A DNA stretch of 64,000 bases, taken from the NCBI GenBank assembly GCA_046314355.1, contig JBKBWQ010000001.1, forward strand, positions 512,001-576,000, in the 5' to 3' direction. The stretch's first letter is position 1; every line of letters starts with the position of its first letter. Under the pieces are notes generated by a model. It was not told the origin of the DNA and did not search any database. It saw nothing but the letters and a program-made list of their open reading frames with translations. Made by a program: the position numbers and the translations under genes. Origin of the DNA: Candidatus Altimarinota bacterium (GTDB taxonomy: Bacteria; Patescibacteriota; Gracilibacteria; 1-14-2-50-48-13). Of the stretch, positions 29,287-40,369 are shown piece after piece.

Positions 29287-32211
29287 CTACCTAAGAGTAG
29301 CAGGAGAATTTTGTATGTCTCTTTTGTCTATATCAAATTGAATATCATGATTATAAATATCCTTATATGCTACTTGATACTTAACCTTATCTTTGACAGT
29401 TTTTGTAGTCTTATACATATCTTGCATTGAAGGAGCTATCGCTGTTGCATACTCCTTTAATTTTTCTTCATAAGTAGTTAATACTGTATCATCACCATTC
29501 AAACTGCGAATTCCAGCAATATATTCTTTAATTTTCTGTAGTCTTGGAAAAATGATCTCGGCCTTTTGTTTTAAATTAGCTGAAGTGATATCAGGAGTAA
29601 TAACACCATAAATTTTTGCAATATCATTGAACTGATTTTCTACAAATTGTAAGGCACTTGATATTCTCTCTTTCTTAGTACGCTCTTTTTCAGTTCCTTT
29701 TGTAATGATAAGTGTATTTTTCGCAAATTTAATATCCACATCTACCCCATCTTTCAATCCAAGATAATCCTTATATTGCTTTGGTAGTTTTTTGAAAAAC
29801 TCCTTTTTTACATCAAGAGCTACATAAGGTTTTTCATTTGTAGAAAAATTATTTAATTTAATATGCAGTTCCTTTGGCTGCTTAGTAAGCTTAATATCTT
29901 TCATTCCGGGATTCTTCGGAAAATACTTCTCTTCTAGTACCACATTATTGAGCACTGCTATTGATTCAAACAGCTTATCCACTTGAGCATTATTTACCTC
30001 ACTGAATCTTCTATCACTTCCGATCATAAGTACATGATTTCTCACTTCTAGGTGAAGAGCATCATCTTTTTTAAAGTCTAGCAGAGCATTTTTAGGATTC
30101 TTTTTCTTGAAAGCATGTATCATCGCGATCAAATCATTCTTAGCTCCAGCATATTCAGGTTCAAAAATACCATCTGGAGTAGTATCAGCTGGGTCTAATG
30201 TTGCACTTAAGATTCCATCTTTATAAGTTGCAGAACCTCCTGATGCCTGTATCTTCAGGTCAAACCAATTATCAAGATTCTTATAAATATTCTTTGCCAA
30301 GAGGTCAGTAGCCATGACTTCTTTTTTCTCAGTCACTTTATTCTGTGTCTCAGCTGGCTTCTTTTGTGCGCTGGTTTTTGGTGTATTTATAACAGGTTTT
30401 TTCTCAGGTGTTGTACTCTTCGGTGTTACTTTTTTTGACGGAGCTTTATTAATTGGTGCTGTAAGCTTCTTTTCACTCGTTTTCTTTGTCTCATCCTTTT
30501 TAGGGACTACAACTTCTGGAGTTTTCGCTACCTCCTGTTTTTGATATGCTTTTACTTCAAGTCTGAATGCTTTATTCTCTCCTGATGCATCAGGAAGCCG
30601 CTGATAAGAAGCATAGAATTGGTATTTTTCCGTCTGCTTTGGATCTTCCATTACGAGTTTCGCAAGTTCTTCTTGAGAAAACTCTTTTGGAAGAGCTTTG
30701 TAATCTTCCATAGTTGTAAACGGAAAATCCACAAGAAATTTCTGAGAATTAGGAGGTGTATTAATCCATGCTATCTGCTTTTTATCAGAATCCATATACA
30801 TTCCAATAATTTTCCCTTCCTTATTTATTAGCCATCCTTTATTTAACGTCACATCAATTCTTCCCTGATCTTTATGTATGAATTCATATTCCTCAAGAAT
30901 ACTTGGATCTGCATTTACCTCCTCGGGAGTATGACCGGAGTAGGTTCTATTTCTAAAATCATTAGAAAGAGGCTGCGGAAGACCACTTGGCACTCTTTCC
31001 GGATTTACCGGCGTATAAGCTTCTATGGATTTTTCAGGCTGAAAATCAGTAGCAACATATTCCGTAACTTCAGGCTCAGCTCCCCGGTTATCTAGCGTCA
31101 TTATGAGATAATTGTTCTCTGTATTCATTTCAATATTTACTTTGTCAGAAGAGACCTTTCTCAATTCCGCAATCAAATCAAGTGTCTCTTTATCCTGTCC
31201 CTCAGGAGCCTTTTCCAATTCATTTAAGGCATCATTCCACACTTTATTTTTATCTGATATATTAATGCTTTGTGTAAGCGGAATCTCAAGTTTTACACCT
31301 TTCCCCTCATTGTAACTTAAGTTAGGACCAACATAGATATCTGTTCTACGCTCTAGTGTAATGTTCTTTTCCTGCATTTCCTGAGCTTTTTTGCTAAGTA
31401 TTTCTTTAATTTCTTTTTTTAGATTCTCATCAATATGCTCTCCATCAGTCATAAGGATTTTTCCAGCTTCTTCTGCATCAGCAGTCAAGATTGCAATATC
31501 ATGCTGTAGTTCTCTCAGAGCTTTACTTGGATCTGATTTGATAAGTTCCTTTAATGCTTCTATCTCAGTGCTGGCATGTTCATTCACAGCTAGTACTTCT
31601 CCCTCTGTAGAAGTACGCTGATCCTTCATTTCCTTAGAACCAAATGTAGAAGAAAAGAATGACTCAAATCCATTCCAGTTTTTAGCAGATCCAATATGGT
31701 TTTTAAATTTTTCTTTACCCATTTCTTTTTCCACAGCAGAAAGAGCTACTACAATCTGATACGCTTCATTAGATGTTTTCAGCATCCTTTCATTTACATT
31801 CTTATATGAATCAAAACGTGCATTTCCAGATGAAGTCTTTTCCTCCATTAATGCGATATATGCCCTTTCCAAAGATTTATTTGAACCTAATAACTCACGG
31901 CGCACTCTTTGATCTACTGCCAGTGCCTTTAGAGTGTTCTGTTCAATTTTAGCAAAATCATTCCCATAAATATCATTTTGATTTAAATGCTCTGTCTTCT
32001 CAGATGTATCTTCTTTTTTAGGCTCCTTATTTAGTATAGAACTAGGGTGCTCTCCCAGAGATTTTGGCTCCGTATCCCTTGCTTGAGAATGTACAGCATT
32101 ATCAAGATTACCAAGCTGGCTTCTCGTTTGTTCTGCAATCTTATCAGTACTTTCATGCTGACCCGCTGCATTCTCTAGATTTTCAGGTGTATAATTTTCA
32201 TTCTCACCCAT
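29287..32211 (-). CDS. Large hypothetical protein: charged helical N-terminus, shared unknown domain, K/T/P linker
   Basis: ~974-aa ORF, no signal peptide; promoter TTGCTC-17-TATACT favours the start MGENENY (32211). Confidence 0.75.
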   Translation of the reverse strand: MGENENYTPENLENAAGQHESTDKIAEQTRSQLGNLDNAVHSQARDTEPKSLGEHPSSILNKEPKKEDTSEKTEHLNQNDIYGNDFAKIEQNTLKALAVDQRVRRELLGSNKSLERAYIALMEEKTSSGNARFDSYKNVNERMLKTSNEAYQIVVALSAVEKEMGKEKFKNHIGSAKNWNGFESFFSSTFGSKEMKDQRTSTEGEVLAVNEHASTEIEALKELIKSDPSKALRELQHDIAILTADAEEAGKILMTDGEHIDENLKKEIKEILSKKAQEMQEKNITLERRTDIYVGPNLSYNEGKGVKLEIPLTQSINISDKNKVWNDALNELEKAPEGQDKETLDLIAELRKVSSDKVNIEMNTENNYLIMTLDNRGAEPEVTEYVATDFQPEKSIEAYTPVNPERVPSGLPQPLSNDFRNRTYSGHTPEEVNADPSILEEYEFIHKDQGRIDVTLNKGWLINKEGKIIGMYMDSDKKQIAWINTPPNSQKFLVDFPFTTMEDYKALPKEFSQEELAKLVMEDPKQTEKYQFYASYQRLPDASGENKAFRLEVKAYQKQEVAKTPEVVVPKKDETKKTSEKKLTAPINKAPSKKVTPKSTTPEKKPVINTPKTSAQKKPAETQNKVTEKKEVMATDLLAKNIYKNLDNWFDLKIQASGGSATYKDGILSATLDPADTTPDGIFEPEYAGAKNDLIAMIHAFKKKNPKNALLDFKKDDALHLEVRNHVLMIGSDRRFSEVNNAQVDKLFESIAVLNNVVLEEKYFPKNPGMKDIKLTKQPKELHIKLNNFSTNEKPYVALDVKKEFFKKLPKQYKDYLGLKDGVDVDIKFAKNTLIITKGTEKERTKKERISSALQFVENQFNDIAKIYGVITPDITSANLKQKAEIIFPRLQKIKEYIAGIRSLNGDDTVLTTYEEKLKEYATAIAPSMQDMYKTTKTVKDKVKYQVAYKDIYNHDIQFDIDKRDIQNSPATLR

Positions 32212-32271
32212 GTGTGTTTTTATAAAATATATCATATTAGTATAGCACAGAGAAGGATGAGGAGCAAGAAA

Positions 32272-32420
32272 GTCATTGGGTGCACATAATTGGGCTCAAT
32301 ATTTAACTAATTGAGCTCAATTACTGCAGCCTAATAATGTGCGCCCAATAATTGAGCCTAAATCATTGATCCCAATTACTTTCTTACTCATTTACTCTCT
32401 TACTTCCCCTCTACTCCCCT
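32272..32420. repeat. Array of degenerate TAATTG(A/G)GCTCAAT palindromic units plus TTACTnnn octamer tract
   Basis: Perfect TAATTGAGCTCAATTA at 32308-32323 flanked by about six degenerate 13-14-bp units. Confidence 0.75.
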
Positions 32421-32447
32421 TGTTTTTCCTCTAAAAACCCTTATACT
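32420..32447 (+). promoter_or_regulatory. sigma70 promoter for the putative 6S RNA
   Basis: TTGTTT-16-TATACT, ending about 7 nt before the RNA stem. Confidence 0.6.
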
Positions 32448-32454
32448 TGTTACA

Positions 32455-32608
32455 GCCTAGAGTACACGTGCATGCTTATGCCCAATTTTCTCTACAAAAC
32501 TACTTTAAGGGATGCTAATATCTGGTATGGCTGCGGTCATATCATGAGGTAACCCACTTGACTACCAGTCGAGGATAAGTAGCATAAGCCTCCCACGGTA
32601 TTTTGGGT
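32455..32608 (+). ncRNA. ssrS: Probable 6S RNA (compact, ~154 nt)
   Basis: Closing stem CCTAGAGTAC/GTATTTTGGG (G-U pairs), CGTG/CACG, GCTTATGC/GCATAAGC; A-rich central bubble ACAAAACTACTTT; GGGATGC/GTAACCC; apical hairpin TGGTATGGC-TGCG-GTCATATCA. Confidence 0.72.
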
Positions 32609-32627
32609 ATCATTCATTACTATTATT

Positions 32628-32918
32628 ATGCCAATCTCACATACAGTAAAACCAGAAGCAACTCTTGATTTTCACAGAAATCCAGGCGCAAATCCAGCAG
32701 TTATAGAGGCGCTTGCAAGTGCTTTCCTAGAAGAATCAATTCATCAGAAAAAAAGCTATCTCCGTATCATTACAGGCAATAGCGCTATTGCTCCCCGTAT
32801 CGAAGAGGGACTCCGTAAATATCTCTCAACTCATACAAGAGTCGCGGAGATCACATCAGTGGATCTCGAGAATGGAATGCTTCATGCATTAGATCTCTCA
32901 ATTGAAAAAAGCGCCTAG
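32628..32918 (+). CDS. Stand-alone Smr-like domain protein
   Basis: PEATLDFH...LRIITGN...NG pattern. Confidence 0.7.
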   Translation: MPISHTVKPEATLDFHRNPGANPAVIEALASAFLEESIHQKKSYLRIITGNSAIAPRIEEGLRKYLSTHTRVAEITSVDLENGMLHALDLSIEKSA

Positions 32919-32928
32919 GCGCTTTTTT
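32905..32928. terminator. Bidirectional terminator overlapping the stop codon
   Basis: Perfect palindrome AAAAAAGCGCCTAGGCGCTTTTTT. Confidence 0.75.
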
Positions 32929-32933
32929 TGTGT

Positions 32934-33197
32934 TTAAAATGCAGATTCCATTCCAAAGGAAGGTGGAAGTCCTTTCAGTGTAGGTGCTGCATACATGCGA
33001 TCATCATCAGGATTGATTACTGATCCTGAGTTACTTTCCTGAAGCATATGAGCAAAGGACTCAGCATTCTGCTGCATAAGAGTCGCTTTTCCTGCTACTC
33101 CTGTCACTATAAATCCTAAGATCAGTGAAGAGCATAATGCCGCAACTCCAATAGCTATCCAAAGTGATGTATTTTGTGGTTTTGTGTAATGTAGCAT
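32934..33197 (-). CDS. Small single-TM hypothetical protein
   Basis: 87 aa, one hydrophobic helix; last gene of the 35198->32934 run. Confidence 0.6.
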   Translation of the reverse strand: MLHYTKPQNTSLWIAIGVAALCSSLILGFIVTGVAGKATLMQQNAESFAHMLQESNSGSVINPDDDRMYAAPTLKGLPPSFGMESAF

Positions 33198-33208
33198 AGG
33201 TATTTCTA

Positions 33209-34861
33209 TTAATTTTTGTTGTTTAAAATCATATATCCCTTATGAGTGGTCTTATCATATTTGTAAATAATGCCTCCAGGTAAACTTCCACTCTCAGCAT
33301 TATATAATTTTTTGACAATTGCGCGCTGAAGCAGTAGTATAGCTTCTCTCTGGCGCATTCGTTCATCATTGGGTTTGCCAGTAGATTGTGCTTCAGGTCC
33401 AGTGACTTTGATCTCACCATTATCCATAAGCACTGCTTTCAGAGGATACTTAGCATCCGAAGAAAGAGTTACTTCTTCAGCTGGTTTCATAGTTTTTGTA
33501 TTTATACTTAAGGATGCCAAAGTAACTTCTTTTATAGCTGGAGAGGCTTCTTTATTATTAGTTTGTTTTGCAAGGACAGGTGGTTTAGAAGCTTCTTTTT
33601 TATTAATTACAACTCCCTTCTCTGCTTCCTTTGCTCCGGTTATTCCTCCTTGTACACTTTCCTTCCCACTCTCCGTTACACCATTGCCAGCACCTATTGT
33701 ACCTGTCATATTCGTTGGAGATTCACTTTTGACAGTTGCTTTCTTCACTCTCACTACTACACTATTCGTCAGCGCAGCAAGATATACTTCATCATCTTTA
33801 GCTAATCCTAGGGCATCTTTGATAACACTCTTATCTTTATTTTTTGCAAGAAAAGCCTGTCCAGATTTTTGATCCTTTGAAGTGAGAGGAATTGTATATG
33901 TCTCCATTCCCGGAGGAATACGCAGATAAGCAACCGTACCATCTTTTAGTTTCATTCCGACTACATTCTTTCCCTGGACAATGAGATCTGTTGCGGAGAT
34001 AGCAGCCACAAGGTCTTTACCTGATTTTGGATCACCTTGTTTCACCGTTCCCTTATAAATTATAAACTCTTTAGCCCCCATCTGCTTCTTTAAATCATCA
34101 ATATTATTGCTCATAGGAATACTTGTTTCCTTTGCCCCACGTAATGTCCCATCTTTTACATCAAATCCTAGAGCTTTAAGTTTATTTGCATCTGCTTTCA
34201 TCTCATTAGGTAGCTCAGAGGCTTGAATTTGCTTAACAGGATTTTCAATTTTATCTTCACTTGTTTTTATATCTTTTTTATCATCTATCTTTTCATCTGG
34301 ATTTGCTTTCTTATCTCCCTCCCCACTCTTCACATCTTTTTTAGGATCATTAGGTACTGTAAGGCTGCTGATTAAACTTTCTAAAGTCTTTTTATTTTTA
34401 TTAATATCTGTCAGATTGTCACGGATTTTCACTGCGTTAGTTTCTACGACTTTCAATGTCTGCTCTCTTATACCCTTTGCATTCAGACCATTTACCGCGC
34501 GTTCAAATACATTTGCATTGTCTGCCAGATAAAGACCTTTCGATGCTGTATCAATATCTCCGATAATCTTTCCGTAAGTTTCAAGCTTCTCACTATAGTT
34601 CTTCAAAAATTCCGCAGCTTTCGTCTGATCACCTATCTCAGCCTTAAATGATGTAGGAAAGTCTTTTGAATTCTTAACCTTTATTTGAGCATCATTAATT
34701 TTCTTCTGCAAGTCTCCAATTGCTGTGGCATTATTCTCTTTTAGTTTTTTAAAAACAGCATCAAAACTCTCCTGCGAATCTATAAGATTCTTTTTCTGTA
34801 CTTTATCGACAGAACCTGAGTCCTTTAATCCTAAATCCTTGATATCTGAAATTTCTGCCAT
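33209..34861 (-). CDS. Hypothetical protein: helical N-terminus, shared unknown domain, linker
   Basis: 550-aa Lys-rich ORF, no signal peptide. Confidence 0.75.
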   Translation of the reverse strand: MAEISDIKDLGLKDSGSVDKVQKKNLIDSQESFDAVFKKLKENNATAIGDLQKKINDAQIKVKNSKDFPTSFKAEIGDQTKAAEFLKNYSEKLETYGKIIGDIDTASKGLYLADNANVFERAVNGLNAKGIREQTLKVVETNAVKIRDNLTDINKNKKTLESLISSLTVPNDPKKDVKSGEGDKKANPDEKIDDKKDIKTSEDKIENPVKQIQASELPNEMKADANKLKALGFDVKDGTLRGAKETSIPMSNNIDDLKKQMGAKEFIIYKGTVKQGDPKSGKDLVAAISATDLIVQGKNVVGMKLKDGTVAYLRIPPGMETYTIPLTSKDQKSGQAFLAKNKDKSVIKDALGLAKDDEVYLAALTNSVVVRVKKATVKSESPTNMTGTIGAGNGVTESGKESVQGGITGAKEAEKGVVINKKEASKPPVLAKQTNNKEASPAIKEVTLASLSINTKTMKPAEEVTLSSDAKYPLKAVLMDNGEIKVTGPEAQSTGKPNDERMRQREAILLLQRAIVKKLYNAESGSLPGGIIYKYDKTTHKGYMILNNKN

Positions 34862-34868
34862 AATGGTA

Positions 34869-35198
34869 TTATTTAAGTATACTTCCTAACATTGCATCAG
34901 CTTCATTTTTAGCAGCATCATCGCTTACTGTCTCGATTTGTTTTACTAAATGCTGCTTTTCTATTGGAATTTCAGAAGCAACTATATTTACTGTATCTTG
35001 AAGTAAGGATGTATTCTGTAGCTCAAATTCTCCATTCTGAACCATTAAGTTTCTGCACTCAGCAAGAATAGGCTCTGCCTCTATAGAATTCAGCTCACCA
35101 GAAAGCTCCCGCTCTCTTAAAATCTGCAGAGTGGCATTGTCTACTACTCCATAACTCTGGATTTCATCTGTAATCGGTGTTTGAGACGCCATGATCAT
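34869..35198 (-). CDS. Small acidic hypothetical protein
   Basis: 109 aa, E/D-rich, ends 7 nt before the 550-aa gene. Confidence 0.65.
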   Translation of the reverse strand: MIMASQTPITDEIQSYGVVDNATLQILRERELSGELNSIEAEPILAECRNLMVQNGEFELQNTSLLQDTVNIVASEIPIEKQHLVKQIETVSDDAAKNEADAMLGSILK

Positions 35199-35256
35199 AA
35201 AAAATGATATATCATAGAAGTATACCAGATATGAGCCTTTTTTAGCAATAAACCAA

Positions 35257-36315
35257 TTATTTATTCATTGCATCCACCATAAGCTGCTGAGCTATATTTC
35301 CTGCTATTACCTTCATCTTGCTTTTATCTTTCAGCATTATGTCCAAATCCCACTTTACCACATCTTTCATTATTACATCTTTACTCAGGTTAATCCCTGT
35401 TTTCAATCCAGGAACTGCAAATGTACTTTTACTAAGATGCAGTTTCATACTTGGAAGACTTGGCATGAGATAGCCTAAGATCTCACCTACAAATCTTGCA
35501 AAGGGATAAATCTCGTCCTTAGAAAGTGCTGATAAGGACTTATTAAGCGACTTCTTGAGAGTATTAAATAAAACAGGCATTGCCTCACTTAATCCTTCTA
35601 TGACATTTACCATTAAAAGAGGATCCTTCAGCAGTCTTAGGATTTCAATATTATCCTCAAGGTTTTCAGTAAGTCCAAATACAAGTCCCTGAGCATAATC
35701 AGGTAAATGCTTCGTGGGAATGAAACTACTCTCTGTCAGCAGTGATTCCCGCATTAAATTATTTTGTATAATCTCGCTTGCCATGCCTTTCACATAGATA
35801 CTTCTCGTCACTACTCCATCAAGAGATAAGGTAGGAGAATGAATATTAAGTAAAGTGAGTCTTGCATTATTGACTGACCTGTCGTCTGCCGCTGTATCTT
35901 TATAATTTTTTAAGCCGAAGTTCAGCTTTTTTACCAGCACATCACTAAAATAATCTAAAAGACCCTGCTGTATATCTGTCGTGGTTGATTTTCCATTGAG
36001 ATAAGAATTCATCTTTGCAAAGTAGGGATTGGCAGATGAATAGGCAAAGTATGAAGACAGAATCTGTTTTGCATTATTTTTCGCCCCCAAAGCATTGAGA
36101 CTCGTTTTCCCAGTTCTTTTTACAAGCCAAAGTGAAATAGCAGACTCTGTGTAGCCTAATAAAATCTTATCTAAAGCAGTATTTGCTGCCTGAGGATAAT
36201 TTGCCGGCACCTTTCCTGACATATCTATGGGTATATGAGAAGGCAGCAGCTTTTCCTGAGTCTTGTGAGATGAGACCGGAGTATTATAATCAAATTTTTG
36301 ACCTTCAAATCCCAT
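35257..36315 (-). CDS. Hypothetical helical protein
   Basis: ORF; probable start MGFEGQK (36315). Confidence 0.65.
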   Translation of the reverse strand: MGFEGQKFDYNTPVSSHKTQEKLLPSHIPIDMSGKVPANYPQAANTALDKILLGYTESAISLWLVKRTGKTSLNALGAKNNAKQILSSYFAYSSANPYFAKMNSYLNGKSTTTDIQQGLLDYFSDVLVKKLNFGLKNYKDTAADDRSVNNARLTLLNIHSPTLSLDGVVTRSIYVKGMASEIIQNNLMRESLLTESSFIPTKHLPDYAQGLVFGLTENLEDNIEILRLLKDPLLMVNVIEGLSEAMPVLFNTLKKSLNKSLSALSKDEIYPFARFVGEILGYLMPSLPSMKLHLSKSTFAVPGLKTGINLSKDVIMKDVVKWDLDIMLKDKSKMKVIAGNIAQQLMVDAMNK

Positions 36316-36349
36316 AGGCAAAGAAAAAGATATCTTTGTATTATAGCAT

Positions 36350-36405
36350 GGGAAGTGTAATTGAGTAAATAAGGGAGAGCTCAAGCGCGAGCCTCCCTTA
36401 TTTTT
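36350..36405. terminator. groEL terminator within a dispersed repeat
   Basis: AATAAGGGAG-AGCTC..GAGC-CTCCCTTATT hairpin; similar to 51327-51393. Confidence 0.65.
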
Positions 36406-36490
36406 CTAAATTCTCGTCCTTATTTTTGCAAGGATAAGGATGATGATTAGGATAAGAATTGAGGGGGTCTCTCCCCTAATTCATCACCAA

Positions 36491-38152
<1,662 letters not shown>

Positions 38153-38214
38153 TTAGGAATTGAGGTCATTAAATAATTAATTACTAATTACTTAATGACT
38201 TATTTACTAGAGCT

Positions 38215-38505
38215 CTACACCTCCTTTGCAATAATTCCGTCCTGTCTCAAAACAATCAGTTCCTCTCCTTCCATTTTAAAATTATCTCCAGCGTATTTCT
38301 TATAATAAACAATGTCTCCTACGGAAACATGCATTTCGATCACCTTATTGTCTCCTACAACTCCGCCGGGACCAACTGCAACTACTTCTCCTTTATTAGG
38401 CTTTTCCTTTGCAGAATCTGGGATATAGAACCCGCTCTTTGTCATCTCCTCAGCAGCAAGCTGCTTGATAATGACGTAATCGCCAAGTGGCTGAAGCTTT
38501 GCCAT
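38215..38505 (-). CDS. groS: Co-chaperonin GroES
   Basis: LQPLGD, PDSAKEKP, GEVVAVGPG. Confidence 0.98.
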   Translation of the reverse strand: MAKLQPLGDYVIIKQLAAEEMTKSGFYIPDSAKEKPNKGEVVAVGPGGVVGDNKVIEMHVSVGDIVYYKKYAGDNFKMEGEELIVLRQDGIIAKEV

Positions 38506-38567
38506 ACGTATTTATAGTACAAAAATAAATGTAATAAATATTACATAGAATAGCTATTGAGAAACAA

Positions 38568-38594
38568 TTAGCACTCGATGCAATATAGTGCTAA
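38568..38594. promoter_or_regulatory. CIRCE (HrcA operator)
   Basis: TTAGCACTC-N9-TAGTGCTAA, one mismatch to consensus, upstream of groES. Confidence 0.92.
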
Positions 38595-38622
38595 TATTAT
38601 CTGAGTTGGAGTTTACCGTCAA
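38594..38622 (-). promoter_or_regulatory. groESL sigma70 promoter
   Basis: TTGACG-17-TAATAT abutting the CIRCE. Confidence 0.65.
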
Positions 38623-38729
38623 GAAAAATCCTTAAGATTTTATTGATGAATAACTCCTCTTAAATTTGCAGAAAAATTCTATAGATAGATCACTAAACTA
38701 CCTACTACTTTATTATACAAATATTGTAT

Positions 38730-39182
38730 TTACCTTATTCCTAATTCGTCTTTAATCTCCTGATCAATAGTGTCAGTATGCTTCCCTCCATTCTTATATG
38801 ACCTTTTTTTATGCTTTTTCGATAACTCTAGGTGAGTAATGACAGGACTTTGTAATTCACACTTCACTACCTTCCAATCCCGGTAATCTTCAATGAATTG
38901 AAATCTGTATCTCAATTCAAAAACCTTCTCCTCAGATAATAGATTGAATTTTTTTACATATAAAAACAGCTGTTCCACATAGGTTCTCAACTCCAATGTC
39001 TGCTCATGAGTAAATGGCCATGAAGTAGTGTCAATAACTGCTCTTTCACTTAATTCATTAGCTATATCATGCTTAATTTTATGGATCTTTATACTTACTA
39101 TTGTATCCGAATCTGAAAGAATATTTTTCATACTCAGTTCTTCTTCTACAAATGGCACCTCCTTATTTTCTCCTAAATGCAT
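38730..39182 (-). CDS. Orphan hypothetical protein (start uncertain)
   Basis: ORF after promoter TTGTGC-16-TAGTAT; contains TAAGGAGGTG at 39156-39165. Confidence 0.55.
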   Translation of the reverse strand: MHLGENKEVPFVEEELSMKNILSDSDTIVSIKIHKIKHDIANELSERAVIDTTSWPFTHEQTLELRTYVEQLFLYVKKFNLLSEEKVFELRYRFQFIEDYRDWKVVKCELQSPVITHLELSKKHKKRSYKNGGKHTDTIDQEIKDELGIR

Positions 39183-39213
39183 ATATCTTGAGTTATGATG
39201 CCCATATACTAAC

Positions 39214-39243
39214 AAAAAAACATTGCAGCACAATGTTTTTTTT
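39214..39243. terminator. Terminator of the second vanW gene
   Basis: A7-CATTG-CAGCA-CAATG-T8. Confidence 0.6.
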
Positions 39244-39263
39244 ACATAACAAGTTTTCTAAAG

Positions 39264-40163
39264 TTATACTACTTCTACTCTATAACCTTTCTCTCTTAAA
39301 TCCTCTTCATTTACATCGTAGAGGACAGGTGCAAAATTTTTCACTACAAACTGCGTATCTTTGAGCTTACCTTCTACATATGTATCCTTATAAAGCTCAT
39401 TATATCTAAAAAAATTCTCTCCCCATTTTAAAAACAAATGATTTTCTTCGCGTATTTTATACTTCTCTTTTAAAGGTGACGTAGTCACTAGTTGTCCTTT
39501 TAAGTGACTATCTGTAAGCCAGAGTTTTAGCTGAATAGGCTGATCAGAAGTATTTTTTACAACTAGATCCACATAGTTATAAAATACTGTCGCACCGCTG
39601 CCAAAAGGCAGAACCCGACCTGAATCTGGAAACACATCAAATGAATGATGATATCTTTCTACAATCTCAAAGGGACCATGGAGAAACATCCAGTAAAGAA
39701 GATTGGAAAGCTGGCATAATCCTCCACCTACGCCTTCTACAACATGCCCCCGCGCAAGAAGCATTCCTTTTGCGTACCCTTTCTTCTCAGTGGCTTTTCC
39801 CACAAGATCCCAATAAGAAAATGTCTGTCCAGGCTGTATCACCACACCATCCATAGTACTGCTTGCTACTCTCAAATTTGTAATCTTCTGCCTCTGGAGA
39901 TGCTCATTATTTTCTCCTAATTTTTTCATGAGAAGAGACTGATGTCTTGCTACTACAGATGGCAGGTATTCATTACTCTTTTGATGAGCATGCTGTGAAA
40001 GCAGATTCGTCCAATGACGTTTCGCACGGTAAAACTGAATGGCTGTCGTATAAGCAAGTTTGGATCTATTAGAAAGCTTTCTTGCGAGTGGTGATTCAAA
40101 CATCTTCATGCTTGAGACAAGAAGCGGAGGAAGAGTTGAAGGTATTGTGGAGAGAGTCATCAT
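39264..40163 (-). CDS. VanW family protein (no signal peptide; start uncertain)
   Basis: KITNL, FSYWDLVG, GGGLCQLSNL, ERYHHS, RVLPFGSGATVFYNYVDL. Confidence 0.9.
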   Translation of the reverse strand: MMTLSTIPSTLPPLLVSSMKMFESPLARKLSNRSKLAYTTAIQFYRAKRHWTNLLSQHAHQKSNEYLPSVVARHQSLLMKKLGENNEHLQRQKITNLRVASSTMDGVVIQPGQTFSYWDLVGKATEKKGYAKGMLLARGHVVEGVGGGLCQLSNLLYWMFLHGPFEIVERYHHSFDVFPDSGRVLPFGSGATVFYNYVDLVVKNTSDQPIQLKLWLTDSHLKGQLVTTSPLKEKYKIREENHLFLKWGENFFRYNELYKDTYVEGKLKDTQFVVKNFAPVLYDVNEEDLREKGYRVEVV

Positions 40164-40330
40164 GAGCTTTAAAAAGTTTGTATATAGATATAACGCCGCA
40201 GCGAAAAAAGGTTACATATTTTTTATAGTAAATTTTAAGACTCAACTGTTGACAAATTTATTTTTAATATTTTATAACTAAATATACATTTGTCAATAGC
40301 ATATATACCGTTATAAAATATTGTTGCAAT

Positions 40331-40353
40331 AAAAAAGAGCCCTCAGGGGCTCT
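40331..40353 (-). terminator. Intrinsic terminator of the 40370 orphan
   Basis: AGAGCCC-CTG-AGGGCTCT followed by a T-run on the minus strand. Confidence 0.7.
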
Positions 40354-40369
40354 AATAATTATATGTATT

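Noticed and set aside
32272-32420. CRISPR array
   Set aside because: Units are ~14 bp, degenerate, without unique spacers; no cas genes in the window.
29287-36315. Prophage or diversity-generating retroelement
   Set aside because: No integrase, structural genes or reverse transcriptase, and no TR/VR-like repeat pair seen.
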